Shown: positions 63,931 through 64,000 of the stretch, in pieces
How the letters are laid out: each line of letters begins with the position of its first letter
Position numbering within the stretch: position 1 is the first letter of the stretch
Virus record (IMG/VR): IMGVR_UViG_3300027672_001796
DNA: 64,000 nucleotides
From: a virus
Taxonomy: Duplodnaviria; Caudoviricetes
Strand: one strand, 5' to 3'
The notes under the pieces: generated by a model
Databases searched by the model: none
What the model saw: only the letters and a program-made list of their open reading frames with translations
Told to the model about the DNA's origin: nothing
Translations under genes and position numbers: made by a program

Positions 63931-63959
63931 TTGACACTGGTGTCATTTTTTGTTATACT
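63931..63959 (+). promoter_or_regulatory. early promoter cassette P4
   Basis: AAAAGG-TTGACA-N17-TATACT, then an AGGAG SD and an ATG at the window edge. Confidence 0.8.
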
Positions 63960-64000
63960 ATGTATATAGGTTAAACAATAAAACGTAGGAGTTTTTATGT

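Noticed and set aside
1-64000. Alternative genetic code (stop-codon reassignment)
   Set aside because: Conserved genes are full length under the standard code and TAA, TAG and TGA all terminate genes at expected positions.

Overview
An AT-rich, almost entirely plus-strand segment of a large T4-related (jumbo-type) myophage genome, probably marine. The TonB-dependent receptor, sigma70-consensus promoters and class Ia RNR suggest a proteobacterial, likely gammaproteobacterial, host (inference). From left to right it contains: (1) a recombination/replication module (gp32-type SSB, UvsX, UvsY, DEDDh exonuclease, AAA ATPase, UvsW, clamp-loader-like protein, minimal DnaE palm, primase, DnaB helicase) interspersed with host-like genes (BtuB-like TonB receptor, apt, mtnN, thyX, glyA) and SGNH-like paralogs; (2) a head/virion module in which many proteins share an M[KR][ILF]x[ED] N-terminus, including a 2220-aa multidomain protein with amidoligase-like and nuclease-like domains; (3) a PD-(D/E)xK exonuclease, MDR oxidoreductase, tail protein and nrdAB; (4) a ~13 kb enzyme-rich accessory block (two SDRs, PAAR, two apparent pseudo-enzymes, two membrane desaturases, a GNAT-like protein, an alpha/beta hydrolase, a radical SAM enzyme, three 2OG-Fe(II)-like oxygenases, two glycosyltransferases, a methyltransferase); (5) three tRNAs preceded by an unexplained structured RNA, then repeated early-promoter cassettes. 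The most unusual signals are the late-expressed lipid-tailoring operon, the giant head-protein candidate, a 3' RNA element complementary to its own gene's ribosome-binding site, the phage TonB receptor, widespread leaderless genes and a palindrome in front of the early promoters. All family assignments come from motif recognition by eye; no searches were run.
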